From: Candidatus Aminicenantes bacterium
Lineage (GTDB): Bacteria; Acidobacteriota; Aminicenantia; JAMOAD01
Assembly: GCA_027067555.1 (NCBI GenBank)
Contig: JAMOVU010000009.1
Span: forward strand, 1 to 63,915
Length of the DNA stretch: 63,915 bases
Direction of reading: 5' to 3'
The first letter of the stretch is position 1; each line of letters begins with the position of its first letter. Shown here one piece after another: positions 19,124-29,191 of the stretch. The position numbers and the translations under genes are program-made. The notes under the pieces were generated by a model that ran no database searches, was not told the DNA's origin, and saw only the letters and a program-made list of their open reading frames with translations.

Positions 19124-20243
19124 AGATTTGTATGTCATCTTGGGCATATCAAGAAATGCTACTCAGGAAGAGATAAAAAGAGCCTATCGGAAGAAAGCTC
19201 TTGAATATCATCCGGATAGAAATCCTGATGATCCGGAGGCTGAAGAAAAATTTAAGGAAGCTTCAGAGGCTTACTCTATATTGTCGGATCCTCAGAAAAG
19301 GGAAATTTACGATAGATATGGTTATGATGCTCTAAAAAATAATGGGGGTTTTAGCGGATATACGGATTTTTCATCAATTTTTGATGATTTTGGTGATATT
19401 TTTGGTGATATATTCGGAGATTTCTTTGGCTTCGGACATTCTTCAAGAAGACGAAAGAGAGGACCTAAAAAGGGAGAAGATCTTTGGATTGAACTTAATC
19501 TTGAATTTGAAGAAGCTATTTTAGGGACAGAAAAAGAGGTTGAGATTCCGAGAAAAGAAGTTTGTGATGTATGTAATGGCAGCGGGGTTGAGCCCGGCCA
19601 TAAAAAAGATATTTGCCCTACCTGTAAAGGAAGGGGTACAATAAGAATATCTCAAGGCTTTTTTTCAATAACTCAGACCTGTCCCACCTGTAATGGTTAT
19701 GGTGAGATAAACAGGCATCCCTGCAAAAAGTGTAATGGAAAGGGCTATGTTTATAAAAACAAAAAGTTAAAAGTTAAAATACCTGCTGGAGTTGATACTG
19801 GAACCAAAATTAGAATAGAAGGGGAAGGAGAAGCAAGTGTAAATGGTGGAAAAAGAGGGGATCTCTATATTTCAATAAATGTTTCTCCCCACAAATTTTT
19901 CAGAAGAGAGGGAGATGATCTTTATATTGATGTAAATATAAGTTTTTCACAGGCAGCCTTGGGAACAATTGTTTCTTTGCCAACTGTTGATGGGAAAAGC
20001 TTTGATTTTAAGATTCCTGCGGGAACACAAAGTGGAACAACCTTCAAGATAAAAGGAAAAGGAATAAAATCATTAAGAGGATATGGAACTGGAAATATGA
20101 TAGTTAAGGTAAATGTTGTTACCCCTACAAAGCTCAGCGAAGAGGAGAAGGAAATTTTCAGAAAACTTGCGAAAATAAGGGGAGAATCCTTTTTGGAAAA
20201 TAAGGGAACTTTGTTTAATAGAGTAAAAGATTTCTTCAATTGA
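19113..20243 (+). CDS. dnaJ: Chaperone DnaJ
   Basis: J-domain HPD, G/F region with DIF repeats, four CxxCxGxG repeats. Confidence 0.98.
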   Translation: MRNKDLYVILGISRNATQEEIKRAYRKKALEYHPDRNPDDPEAEEKFKEASEAYSILSDPQKREIYDRYGYDALKNNGGFSGYTDFSSIFDDFGDIFGDIFGDFFGFGHSSRRRKRGPKKGEDLWIELNLEFEEAILGTEKEVEIPRKEVCDVCNGSGVEPGHKKDICPTCKGRGTIRISQGFFSITQTCPTCNGYGEINRHPCKKCNGKGYVYKNKKLKVKIPAGVDTGTKIRIEGEGEASVNGGKRGDLYISINVSPHKFFRREGDDLYIDVNISFSQAALGTIVSLPTVDGKSFDFKIPAGTQSGTTFKIKGKGIKSLRGYGTGNMIVKVNVVTPTKLSEEEKEIFRKLAKIRGESFLENKGTLFNRVKDFFN

Positions 20244-20953
20244 GCAGGTTTTTCTCTTTTTTTATAAAAGATGATAATAATTTCATTGTAGAGGGAGAGG
20301 AGTTTCATCATTTATATAAGGTATTAAGGTTAAAAGAGGGGGAAGATGTTCGTTTGTTAAATGGGAAAGGGAAAATATTTTTGGGAAAAATAAGAAAAAT
20401 AGAGAAGGACAAGGCCTTTGTTTATGTTGAAAAAGAATTTTTATTTGAGAGAAAAAAACCTTTTTTAAGCTTTTTTGTTTCTCTTGTTCCTCAGGATAAG
20501 AGAGCTATTATAGTACAAAAACTAACGGAATTGGGTGCTTTTTCTATATCTTTTTTTCCTTCGGAATTTTCTAAAGTAAACATAAAGGGTGAGCTTTCGA
20601 AAAAAGAGGAGAAATTAAGAAAAGTAGCTATTGGAGCTATTAAACAATCGGGAAATCCCTATCTTCCGAATATAAAAATATTGAAGTCCTTTAAAGAAAT
20701 TTTTGATTTTAAAGGAGATAATTTTTTACTTTCTCAAAATGGCTCTTTTTTGATAAAATCAAATATGAAAAAGAAAAAAAATATAAATATTTTTATAGGG
20801 CCGGAAGGAGGCTTTAGTGAAAAGGAATTGAATGAGTTTAGAAAAAGAGATATAGAAGAAATTAAAATTTCTGAGAATGTTCTTAGAACAGAAACTGCTG
20901 CTATTTCTTCTGCTGCTATTTTTTCTTACTTAAAGGAGACAGAATGTTTTTAA
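20240..20953 (+). CDS. rsmE: 16S rRNA m3U1498 methyltransferase RsmE
   Basis: [33 protein letters not shown]; TTG start overlapping the dnaJ stop. Confidence 0.93.
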   Translation: MSRFFSFFIKDDNNFIVEGEEFHHLYKVLRLKEGEDVRLLNGKGKIFLGKIRKIEKDKAFVYVEKEFLFERKKPFLSFFVSLVPQDKRAIIVQKLTELGAFSISFFPSEFSKVNIKGELSKKEEKLRKVAIGAIKQSGNPYLPNIKILKSFKEIFDFKGDNFLLSQNGSFLIKSNMKKKKNINIFIGPEGGFSEKELNEFRKRDIEEIKISENVLRTETAAISSAAIFSYLKETECF

Positions 20954-21885
20954 AGGGAGAAAGAGTAGGAAAATATGAGATTATCGATGCTATTGGAAAT
21001 GGTGGGTTCGGGGCAGTCTATCTTGCTATAGATACATGGCTTCAGCAAAAAGTAGCATTAAAAGTCCCCCATCAGCAGAGTGAAGAATTTTTTGAATTGG
21101 TTAAGGAAGCGAGGCTTCAGGCCTCTTTAAATCATAAAAACATAGTGAGGCTTTTAACAGTTGAGAGGATAGATGGTGTTTTTTTTATGGTAATGGAGTA
21201 CATTGACGGGGAGACATTGGAAAGTATAATAAAAAGAAAGGGAAGACTCCCTGTTTACAAAGCTCTGGTTTATTTTGAGCAAATTCTTGATGGCGTAAAT
21301 TTTGCCCATAAGAAAAATGTTTTACATAGAGATCTCAGATCATCAAATATAATGATAGATAAAGAGGATAATGTTAAAATTACGGATTTTGGAACATCAA
21401 GAATTCTTCAGACCCAGCAATATGCTTCAACAAAGATAGGAACACCTCCCTATATGGCTCCTGAGCAATTTGACGGAAGGGCGACTTTTGCTTCGGATAT
21501 TTATTCTGTAGGATGTATCTTTTATGAAATGGTAACAGGAGCCCCTCCTATCATTGATAATAATCCTTATAAAATAAAAGAAAGGGTTTTAAGAAGAGAA
21601 ATTAAATCCTTAAGCTCTTTAAACGCTGATATAACCCCTGAACTTAATAGAATCATTATGAAAATGTTAGAGCCTCAGGTTGAAAAGAGGTACAAGGAAG
21701 TGGAGGAAATACTTTACCATCTTAAGATTTACTTAAAGGATGGAGAGAGAAAGGAATTTGTTGATAAAATAAGGGAAAGAATAAAAGTTAACGAAACACC
21801 GGGGGTGAGAACTTTTTGCTGGAATTGCAAAAGAGAAATTCCTCCCTTTTCAAAGGTTTGCCCTTTCTGTGGTGTTGAGCAATAG
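20944..21885 (+). CDS. Hanks-type protein kinase with C-terminal zinc ribbon
   Basis: GNGGFGAVY, VALK, HRDLRSSN, DFG, GTPPYMAPE, SDIYSVG; C-terminal CWNC...CPFC; no transmembrane segment. Confidence 0.93.
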   Translation: MFLKGERVGKYEIIDAIGNGGFGAVYLAIDTWLQQKVALKVPHQQSEEFFELVKEARLQASLNHKNIVRLLTVERIDGVFFMVMEYIDGETLESIIKRKGRLPVYKALVYFEQILDGVNFAHKKNVLHRDLRSSNIMIDKEDNVKITDFGTSRILQTQQYASTKIGTPPYMAPEQFDGRATFASDIYSVGCIFYEMVTGAPPIIDNNPYKIKERVLRREIKSLSSLNADITPELNRIIMKMLEPQVEKRYKEVEEILYHLKIYLKDGERKEFVDKIRERIKVNETPGVRTFCWNCKREIPPFSKVCPFCGVEQ

Positions 21886-21888
21886 AGG

Positions 21889-22536
21889 ATGAAAAAATTT
21901 AAGGAACTTGATAAGCTCGATAAACCGAGGGAAAAACTTCTTAAAAGGGGAGAGAAAGCTTTAAATGAAATAGAGCTTATTTCAATTATAATAGGGAGCG
22001 GGACAAAAGGTAAAGATCTTTTTAAAATATCAGAGAAAATTTTGAATTTGATAAAAGATAAAAGGGATGTGAATGTTAAGGAACTTATGAAAATAGATGG
22101 TCTTGGCCTTGCAAAAGCTTCCAAAATAATAGCTTCAATGGAATTATTTAGAAGAATTTTTATGGAATCAGAAGAGTTGAAGATAAGAAGGCCTGAGGAT
22201 ATATATACTCTTGTTTATGATATAAAAGATAAAAAACAGGAGCATTTTATTCTTTTTACCCTTGATGGTTCCAACAGGGTTATAAAGAGGAGGATTCTTT
22301 TTATAGGAACTCTTACCCACAGCATAGTTCATCCGCGTGAAATTTTTGCCCATGCTCTTAATGACAGAGCAGCTTCCATAATTATAGTTCACAATCATCC
22401 TTCAGGAAATCTTGAGCCCAGTGAAGATGATTTGAGAATAACCGAAAGGATAAAAGAGGCCGGAGAGATAATGGGAATAGAACTTTTGGACCATATAATT
22501 ATTTCAAAAAAAGGATTTAAAAGTTTATTTCAATAG
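21889..22536 (+). CDS. radC: RadC family JAB-domain protein
   Basis: PREKL, HhH GLGLAKA, VHPREIF, HNHPSG...SEDD, LLDHIII. Confidence 0.95.
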   Translation: MKKFKELDKLDKPREKLLKRGEKALNEIELISIIIGSGTKGKDLFKISEKILNLIKDKRDVNVKELMKIDGLGLAKASKIIASMELFRRIFMESEELKIRRPEDIYTLVYDIKDKKQEHFILFTLDGSNRVIKRRILFIGTLTHSIVHPREIFAHALNDRAASIIIVHNHPSGNLEPSEDDLRITERIKEAGEIMGIELLDHIIISKKGFKSLFQ

Positions 22537-22545
22537 AAAGAAAAA

Positions 22546-22577
22546 GTCTTCTTTAAGGAGAAGAGAATTGTTCTCTT
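22546..22577. terminator. Weak hairpin(s) between convergent radC and arsC, possible bidirectional terminator
   Basis: AAGAGAA-TTG-TTCTCTT at 22561-22577 and an overlapping TCTTCT...AGAAGA; the stems are AT-rich. Confidence 0.25.
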
Positions 22578-22594
22578 TGAGAATTTTGTGGTTT

Positions 22595-23011
22595 TCAGTA
22601 AGCTTTTTTCATAAGTTTGAAAATCTTATCTTTTAAAATATCTCTTACCTCTCTGAATTTTTCAATTGGTTGTCCCACAGGGTCTTCTATTTCCCACTCA
22701 ACAAGCTCTTTGTGAGGGAACCAAGGACAACTAACCCCGCATCCCAAAGTGATTAAAAAATCGGTTTCTTTTATTGGTAGCTCATCAAGATGTTTTGAGT
22801 ATTGAGATGATATATCTATACCGACCTCTGCCATTGAAAGCACAGCTCCTTCTGCTACCCATCCTGCAGGATGGGTTCCCGCACTATATATTTTAAACTC
22901 ATTGTTAAAAATTTTTTCATTAAAGTATTTTCCCCAACCTTCGGATATTTGGGATCTACAAGAATTTCCGATACAAACAAAAAGAAGTGTTCTCATTTTT
23001 TTATCATCCAT
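22595..23011 (-). CDS. arsC: LMW-PTP-fold arsenate reductase ArsC-like protein
   Basis: LFVCIGNSCRSQ (CX5R P-loop), SAGT, TLGCGVSCP redox cysteines, WEIEDP. Confidence 0.8.
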   Translation of the reverse strand: MDDKKMRTLLFVCIGNSCRSQISEGWGKYFNEKIFNNEFKIYSAGTHPAGWVAEGAVLSMAEVGIDISSQYSKHLDELPIKETDFLITLGCGVSCPWFPHKELVEWEIEDPVGQPIEKFREVRDILKDKIFKLMKKAY

Positions 23012-24152
23012 CTTTTTTCTCCTTTAATTCTTCCCAGATAGATAAAGCTAATTTTTCTGATGCTTTGAAATTTACATTATTATAAAGAGATAGTATTTTT
23101 TTATATTCTTTTATAAGGGTTTCTCTTCTTTCTTTATTTTCGAGGAAAGAAAAACTCTCTTTGAAAATATTTTCTCCTGTTAGCTTATCCTGAATAAGCT
23201 CAGGTATGATTTCTTTTCCGGCAAGGATGTTTACTATTGAAAATTTTCTTATTTTAACAAAATGTTTTCCCAAAAGATAACTTAATTTACTGAGTTTATA
23301 GATTACGATAACGGGCTTTTTTAATATCATTGCTTCAAAGTTAGATGTTCCACTTGTTGAAATTATTAAATCCGCGGAATTCATCACTGAGTATTTTTCT
23401 TTTTCTATAATTAAAATTTTTTCTTTTTCATAAGGTTTGTAAAAGTTTTCTTTTATATGGGGAGCCTTGATTAGAGAAATAAAAAGCCTTTTACCATATC
23501 TGTTTTTTAATTTTTTTATGGCATCAAGAAGGGCCGGAGTGTGAAATTTTAGTTCTGTATTTCTGCTTCCCGGCATAAGCACAATGTGAAGTTTATCTTT
23601 TATTCCGTGTTTTTCTCTTATCTCTTCCGGTGTTTTTTCAGGTTTTACTATTTCAAAAAGAGGATGTCCAACAAATTCATAGTTTATTCCCTCTTTTTCA
23701 TAAATTTCTTTTTCAAAGGGAAAAATAAGAAAAATCTTATCAATATATTTTTTTATTTTCTTTACCCTCCCATACCTCCATGCCCAGACAGTGGGAGAGA
23801 TATAGTGAAACTTTAATGTCTTTTCATTTTTCAATTTTTTTGCAAGACTAAGGTTAAAATCGGGAAAATCCACGAATAAAATAGCCAAAGGTTTTCTTTT
23901 TTTTATTTCCTTAAGAAGCTCTTTTCTTATTTTTATAATTCTTCTGAGATGAAAGACTATTTCAAAAAGCCCTATTAAAGAGAGTTCTCTTATATGATAA
24001 AGAGCTTCAAAGCCTTCTTCCTCCATTTTCTCTCCGCCAGTTCCCCAGAGGTTTGTAAATGGGTCAAGCTTTTTAAATTCTTTTATAAAGAGGGAAGCAT
24101 AAAGATCAGCAGAGCTTTCACCTACAATTATCATAATATTATCTTTAATCAT
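23004..24152 (-). CDS. lpxB: Lipid-A-disaccharide synthase
   Basis: GESSAD, VDFPDFN, YISPTVWAWR, IFPFE, FVGHPL, PGSR, SGT, PELIQ. Confidence 0.96.
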   Translation of the reverse strand: MIKDNIMIIVGESSADLYASLFIKEFKKLDPFTNLWGTGGEKMEEEGFEALYHIRELSLIGLFEIVFHLRRIIKIRKELLKEIKKRKPLAILFVDFPDFNLSLAKKLKNEKTLKFHYISPTVWAWRYGRVKKIKKYIDKIFLIFPFEKEIYEKEGINYEFVGHPLFEIVKPEKTPEEIREKHGIKDKLHIVLMPGSRNTELKFHTPALLDAIKKLKNRYGKRLFISLIKAPHIKENFYKPYEKEKILIIEKEKYSVMNSADLIISTSGTSNFEAMILKKPVIVIYKLSKLSYLLGKHFVKIRKFSIVNILAGKEIIPELIQDKLTGENIFKESFSFLENKERRETLIKEYKKILSLYNNVNFKASEKLALSIWEELKEKKDG

Positions 24153-24649
24153 TTTTCTTTTCCCAGAACCGTGAAAGGTGGTATTTTATCCTTTATCCCA
24201 TATGCAAAGAGCCATTCATCATAGTATTCCTTTTCCTTATAAACTTTATAACCCTTTTTATGAACAGAGCTTACCACACCCACAATTCTATAGCTTCCCT
24301 TAAGACTTTTCCATAGGGAATGAGGTATTACCACATATTTTTCCTTTCCAGTCATTTTTGGAAAGCTTACTATATTCCATTCTCCGTTTTCAGAAACAGG
24401 ATCTTTATAAAGTTTTCTTAGATATTTGTTTTTGTATAATTCTTCAAGTGTTTTCGGAAAAGCACCCTTTTTTCTATTGTATTGTGTTATTGCGTTCACG
24501 ATTTGTTCACCTCTAAATATAAGCTCTGCTTCTTTGTCTCTATCAAGCAGGTATTCCCAGCTTTCAAAGGTTTTTAGCATCATTATGGAAATTACAACAA
24601 TTGCAAAAAGAACCATTATATATAAAAAACCCTTGTTTTTCTTAAGCAT
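24149..24649 (-). CDS. Type II secretion / type IV pilin-like (pseudopilin) protein
   Basis: Basic leader KKNKG|FLYIM followed by a hydrophobic helix; KEAELIFRG, FPKTLEEL, YLRKLYKDP. Confidence 0.75.
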   Translation of the reverse strand: MLKKNKGFLYIMVLFAIVVISIMMLKTFESWEYLLDRDKEAELIFRGEQIVNAITQYNRKKGAFPKTLEELYKNKYLRKLYKDPVSENGEWNIVSFPKMTGKEKYVVIPHSLWKSLKGSYRIVGVVSSVHKKGYKVYKEKEYYDEWLFAYGIKDKIPPFTVLGKEK

Positions 24650-24654
24650 TTGAA

Positions 24655-24663
24655 ATTATAGCA
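24655..24663 (-). promoter_or_regulatory. Extended -10 promoter, leaderless-type, for the pseudopilin-lpxB-arsC unit
   Basis: TGcTATAAT on minus, 5 nt upstream of ATG 24649; no SD. Confidence 0.6.
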
Positions 24664-24781
24664 TTTTAAGAAAATTTTGTAATTATCAGTAAATATTAAA
24701 AATTCCCCACCCCAGAATAAAATTATTTTTATAAGGATTGAGAAATATTTAATGATCATTTAAATTTATGGAAATAGAGTA

Positions 24782-24810
24782 TTGACAAAGGAGGTTATTT
24801 TTATTATTAT
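24782..24810 (+). promoter_or_regulatory. sigma70-type promoter of the rpmH operon
   Basis: TTGACA (24782-24787), 17 bp, TATTAT (24805-24810). Confidence 0.75.
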
Positions 24811-24843
24811 ACGACATAATTAGAAAAGAAGAGGGAGAGAAAA

Positions 24844-24978
24844 ATGAAAAGAACCTTTCAACCGAACAATAGAAAGAGAAAAAAGACTCATGGTTTTTTG
24901 GTAAGAATGAGAACAAGAGCGGGAAGAGCAGTTATCAGAAGAAGAAGGAGAAAGGGAAGAAAGAGATTAGCTGCTTAA
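24844..24978 (+). CDS. rpmH: 50S ribosomal protein L34
   Basis: Not in the ORF track (44 aa). Manual translation: [44 protein letters not shown]. Confidence 0.98.
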   Translation: MKRTFQPNNRKRKKTHGFLVRMRTRAGRAVIRRRRRKGRKRLAA

Positions 24979-24984
24979 TCTTTA

Positions 24985-25335
24985 ATGGACTATAGATTAA
25001 GAAAGAGAGATAGGATAAGAAGTCGAAAAGAGATTATATTATTGCTGAAGAGTGGAAAAAGAATTGAAAACAAAGAGTTTAAAATCATATTGAGAGAAAG
25101 AGAAGAGAATTCAAGAATAGGTGTTTCTGTAAAAAAAAACATAGTTAATTCTGTAAAAAGAAATAGAATAAGAAGAGTGCTAAAGGAAATTTTTAGAAAG
25201 AACAGGGAAAAATTGAAAAAGGATTATGATCTTTTTATTATTGTTAAGAAGGATATAAGTTCAAAAACTTATCATGAAATAGAAAGTGCTTTTTTTGCTC
25301 TTTTGGCAAAGGGAAAGGCTCTTAAGGAATGTTAA
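24985..25335 (+). CDS. rnpA: Ribonuclease P protein component
   Basis: RIGVSVKK...[17 protein letters not shown] (RNR motif); follows rpmH. Confidence 0.95.
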   Translation: MDYRLRKRDRIRSRKEIILLLKSGKRIENKEFKIILREREENSRIGVSVKKNIVNSVKRNRIRRVLKEIFRKNREKLKKDYDLFIIVKKDISSKTYHEIESAFFALLAKGKALKEC

Positions 25336-25577
25336 AAAAGATTGAGATTTTATTAATCAAATTTTATAAAATTTTTATCTCTCCTGTTTTAGGACAGAGA
25401 TGCAGGTTTTATCCGACGTGCTCTTCTTATTATATGGAAGCTCTTGAAAAGCACGGTTTTTTATATGGAAATTATTTGGGAATAAAAAGAGTTTTAAGGT
25501 GTCATCCTCTTAATCCAGGAGGGTATGATCCTGTTCCCGACCCAAGAAAAAAGGAGAAAAAATGGAAAGAAACTTAA
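25329..25577 (+). CDS. yidD: Membrane protein insertion efficiency factor YidD
   Basis: [31 protein letters not shown]. Confidence 0.97.
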   Translation: MLKKIEILLIKFYKIFISPVLGQRCRFYPTCSSYYMEALEKHGFLYGNYLGIKRVLRCHPLNPGGYDPVPDPRKKEKKWKET

Positions 25578-27235
25578 CCATTGCAATCATTTTAACCATT
25601 ATTTTTCTATTTTTTTATCAGCAAGTTATTTTAAAGAAGTACACACCACAGAAACCTGTTCAAAAAGTAGAGAGAATTGACTTAAAAAAAAGTGAAAAAG
25701 CCAAAGAGGTTAAAACAAAGGAAAAAGAGGTAACAGCTGAAAACAACCAGGTTTTGAAAAAAGAAGAGGCAAAAATAGAAGTAAATAATGAAAAGGTAAT
25801 AAGAGCACAAAAAGAAATTAAGGAAATTGTTGAGACAGATCTATTCAAAGCTGTTTTTTCAAACAGAGGTGCTTCTTTAATTAGCTTTAAATTAAAAAAA
25901 CACTTAGGTTCGGATAAAAAACCTCTTGAACTTGTTTCCGATCTTTCTAAAAAACAAGATCTTTTCCCTTTTATGGTTTATGGGGAGGGTGCAAAAATCT
26001 TTAATTCCACTCTTTACAAAGTTGAAAGGAGAGAAGAAGGCTCTAATATTGTAATATCTTTTGAATACAATGATGGAAATGGAGATTATTCAAAAAAAGA
26101 ATTTATTATCCCCAAATCAGGAAGATATTTGATGAATTTAAAAACAGAGTTTGAAATAAAGGGAGTTAAAACAGAACCATATTTAATCTGGGGACCTGGA
26201 TTAGGTGAAATTCAACAGGAAGATAAGAACAAAGCTGCTTTTGAATTTGATCAAAAAATAGGAACTTTTGATGGGGCAAAGGTTCATAAAAAGAATGTTG
26301 CTAAAATTGAGAACAATGAAAGATTTGTGAGCAGAAAATGGATAGATCTTGATATAAAATACTTTGCAGTAATAATGTTTTCGAAAGGAATAGATGTTGA
26401 TGCAAAGGTTTTTATTGTAAACACCGATAATAAGATAAAGAAACTTAGAAAGAATGCTGTTTTGGCAGTCAAAAATATTTCAAAGGTTTATATTGGTCCT
26501 AAAGAGTATAAGAGATTAAAAGCTTTAGGTTATAAGATTGAAAATATAATAGATTACGGATTTTTTGGCTTTATAGCAAAAATATTACTTTATCTTTTAC
26601 TTTATGCCTACAAAATATTCCCTAACTATGGTGTTGCCATTATTCTTGTGACCCTTTTCTTAAAATTAGCTCTTTTACCTCTCACATATTCCAGTACTAT
26701 TTCAATGGCTAAAATGCAGGAGCTTCAGCCCCAGATAAAGAAAATTCAGGCAAAATACAAGAAGTTTCCCAAAAAGGATCTGGAAGCAAGAAAGAGGATG
26801 AATCAGGAGATAATGGATTTGTACAAAGAGAAAAAAGTAAATCCAGCCGGAGGTTGTTTGCCTCTTTTCATTCAGATTCCTTTTCTTTGGGGGTTTTACA
26901 GATTGCTCTGGGTTGGAATTGAGATAAGACATCAACCCTTTATATTGTGGATAACTGATTTATCACAAAAAGACCCATACTATATATTACCAATACTGAT
27001 GGGACTTTCTCAGATAATAATTCAAAAGATGACCCCCTCTTCAGGCTCGGACAAAAGTCAAAAATTTATGAGTTATGGAATGGCTTTCTTTTTTACCTTC
27101 CTTTTTGCAAACTTCCCGAGCGGACTTGTTCTTTACTGGCTTACAAACAATGTTTTGCAAGCAGCACAGCAGTTTTTTGTTAATAAGAGCTTAAAAAAGA
27201 AGAAATTGGCAATAGCAACAAAAGGTAAAAAATGA
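25562..27235 (+). CDS. yidC: Membrane protein insertase YidC (long, with periplasmic domain)
   Basis: N-terminal [52 protein letters not shown]. Confidence 0.97.
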   Translation: MERNLTIAIILTIIFLFFYQQVILKKYTPQKPVQKVERIDLKKSEKAKEVKTKEKEVTAENNQVLKKEEAKIEVNNEKVIRAQKEIKEIVETDLFKAVFSNRGASLISFKLKKHLGSDKKPLELVSDLSKKQDLFPFMVYGEGAKIFNSTLYKVERREEGSNIVISFEYNDGNGDYSKKEFIIPKSGRYLMNLKTEFEIKGVKTEPYLIWGPGLGEIQQEDKNKAAFEFDQKIGTFDGAKVHKKNVAKIENNERFVSRKWIDLDIKYFAVIMFSKGIDVDAKVFIVNTDNKIKKLRKNAVLAVKNISKVYIGPKEYKRLKALGYKIENIIDYGFFGFIAKILLYLLLYAYKIFPNYGVAIILVTLFLKLALLPLTYSSTISMAKMQELQPQIKKIQAKYKKFPKKDLEARKRMNQEIMDLYKEKKVNPAGGCLPLFIQIPFLWGFYRLLWVGIEIRHQPFILWITDLSQKDPYYILPILMGLSQIIIQKMTPSSGSDKSQKFMSYGMAFFFTFLFANFPSGLVLYWLTNNVLQAAQQFFVNKSLKKKKLAIATKGKK

Positions 27236-27846
27236 TTGAGATAGAGGCAAAGAATATAGACCTTGCAATAAAAAAGGCGGAAAAGGAGTTGGGCTTGAGC
27301 AGAAAATTCATAAAGTATGAGATTGATACGGAAAAAAGTTCTCTTTTTTCTGCTAAAGAGAAGAAAATAGTGATAAGAGCTTTTCCGAATGAAGAGTATT
27401 ACAATAAGGATCTTTCCCCTTTTCTTGAAGAATTTAAGAAAAGGACGAGATTTAATGTTAATTTTAAATTTGAGAAAAAAGAAGATAATTTAATAGATGT
27501 GATAATAACCGGAAAAGATGTAAGATGGTTTGAAAAAAATGATGGAGAATTATTAATAGCTTTTCAATACCTTTTAAATAAAGTTATAGGGGAGAGAATC
27601 GGTATAGTTATAAGAATAGAAACAGAAAACAATTTCAGAAAGAGAAAAGAAATCAGAATAAATCGTTTACTTGAGAAAGCGGAAAAGGAACTTGATGGAA
27701 AGGAAGAATTTATAACAAACAGATTAAATCCTTATGATAGAAAATACCTTCACATAAAAGCTTCTGAAAAGGGGTTTACAACAGAAAGTATTGGGGAAGG
27801 ATATTATAAAAAGGTCAAAATAAAAAGAGATGTTTCCGCAGGATGA
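27232..27846 (+). CDS. jag: Jag/EloR (KhpB) RNA-binding protein
   Basis: Jag_N-like AIKKAEKELG, KH-like AFQYLLN, R3H YDRKYLH...TESIGEG; lies between yidC and mnmE. Confidence 0.85.
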   Translation: MIEIEAKNIDLAIKKAEKELGLSRKFIKYEIDTEKSSLFSAKEKKIVIRAFPNEEYYNKDLSPFLEEFKKRTRFNVNFKFEKKEDNLIDVIITGKDVRWFEKNDGELLIAFQYLLNKVIGERIGIVIRIETENNFRKRKEIRINRLLEKAEKELDGKEEFITNRLNPYDRKYLHIKASEKGFTTESIGEGYYKKVKIKRDVSAG

Positions 27847-29191
27847 AGATACAATCATTGCGCTTTCAACCCCCCCCGGAAGTTCTGCAATAGCAGTTAT
27901 TAGAATTTCGGGAGATAAGGCCCTTTCCTCTGTAAAGGAAATTTTTAAGGGAAAAATATATCCGAAAAAAATAAACCACGGTATGATAGAGATAGAGAAG
28001 AAGATAAAGGATGATGTTCTGCTTCTCTATTTCAAGAAACCACATTCTTACACAGGAGAGGATCTTATAGAAATTCACACTCATGGAAATATGTTAATTG
28101 TTGAAAGCATAATCCATCAGCTTAATAAAAAAGGTGTAAGGACAGCTCTTCCAGGAGAATTTACTAAAAGAGCTTTTTTTAATGGGAAATTGGATTTAAT
28201 ACAAGCAGAGGCACTGGAGAAACTTATAAATAGTTCCACCTATGAAGGGTTAAGGCTTTCCTTTTCAAACCTTGAAGGCAAACTTTCAAAAAAGGTGAAA
28301 GAACTAAGAAATTCAATAATAGAGATTCTCTCTCAATTAGAGGCAAACATAGATTTCCCTGATTATGAAGTGGATGTTGATTGGTCTCTTTTTGACAGAA
28401 CTCTTTCAATGATTTCCTCTTGGACTGAGAAAATTTTAAGTTCAAGCAAATTTTCAGATACAATTTTCAGAGGGCAAAATATAATTGTTGCAGGAAAGGC
28501 AAATGTTGGAAAATCTTCTTTGTTAAATGCAATTATTCAAGAAGAGAGAGCTCTTGTAAGTGAATATCCGGGAACAACGAGAGATTTTTTAAGAGAAAGA
28601 ATAGTTTACAAGGAAAAAGCTTTTAATATAATAGATATTGCAGGTATAGAAGAGAACGAAAAGCGGGAGATTGAGGAAAAGGGGATAAAGAGAGCCTTAA
28701 AAATAGTGAAAGAAAATGAAAATATATTATTTTTAGTGGATGCTTCACAAGAACCCGATGAAAAGGATTTTAATGTCTTTGAAAAGATAAAGGGAAAGAG
28801 GATAATTCTTGTTTTAAATAAGATAGATAAAAAGAGAAAACTAAAAAAGGAAAAGGCAAAAAAATTATTTAAGGGAATTTTGGATATTGTTGAAATTTCT
28901 GCAAAGTATGAGAAAAACATAGAAAAATTACTTGATAAGGTGCTATACTATTTTGGTGAAAACAAAAGGGAAGATGAGGAAATTGCTTTCACGCAAAGAC
29001 AGAAAGAGCTTTTATTGGAATTAAAGGAAGAGGCAGGGAAAGTAAAAGAAAAAAGAGAAAATGGCTTTGGAGAGGAGATTTTGGCGGAGCATGTGAGAAA
29101 AATGTTGGAAATTATCGGAAAATTAACTGGAAAAGTTCACACTGAAGATATTCTTGAAAAAATTTTTTCATCCTTTTGTATAGGGAAATGA
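27830..29191 (+). CDS. mnmE: tRNA modification GTPase MnmE
   Basis: [43 protein letters not shown], terminal FCIGK. Confidence 0.97.
   Translation: MFPQDEDTIIALSTPPGSSAIAVIRISGDKALSSVKEIFKGKIYPKKINHGMIEIEKKIKDDVLLLYFKKPHSYTGEDLIEIHTHGNMLIVESIIHQLNKKGVRTALPGEFTKRAFFNGKLDLIQAEALEKLINSSTYEGLRLSFSNLEGKLSKKVKELRNSIIEILSQLEANIDFPDYEVDVDWSLFDRTLSMISSWTEKILSSSKFSDTIFRGQNIIVAGKANVGKSSLLNAIIQEERALVSEYPGTTRDFLRERIVYKEKAFNIIDIAGIEENEKREIEEKGIKRALKIVKENENILFLVDASQEPDEKDFNVFEKIKGKRIILVLNKIDKKRKLKKEKAKKLFKGILDIVEISAKYEKNIEKLLDKVLYYFGENKREDEEIAFTQRQKELLLELKEEAGKVKEKRENGFGEEILAEHVRKMLEIIGKLTGKVHTEDILEKIFSSFCIGK

Noticed and set aside
19376-19430. Short imperfect tandem repeats (GATATTTTTGGTGATATATTCGGAGAT) in dnaJ
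   Set aside because: They encode the normal DIF repeats of the DnaJ G/F region.
21889-22536. radC as a marker of a mobile or anti-restriction element
   Set aside because: It is the full-length chromosomal type with the N-terminal HhH region, and no mobility genes are nearby.
28630-28650. MnmE G3 motif reads DIAG instead of DTAG
   Set aside because: The DxxG consensus is preserved and all other GTPase motifs and the FCIGK end are intact, so there is no case for loss of function.
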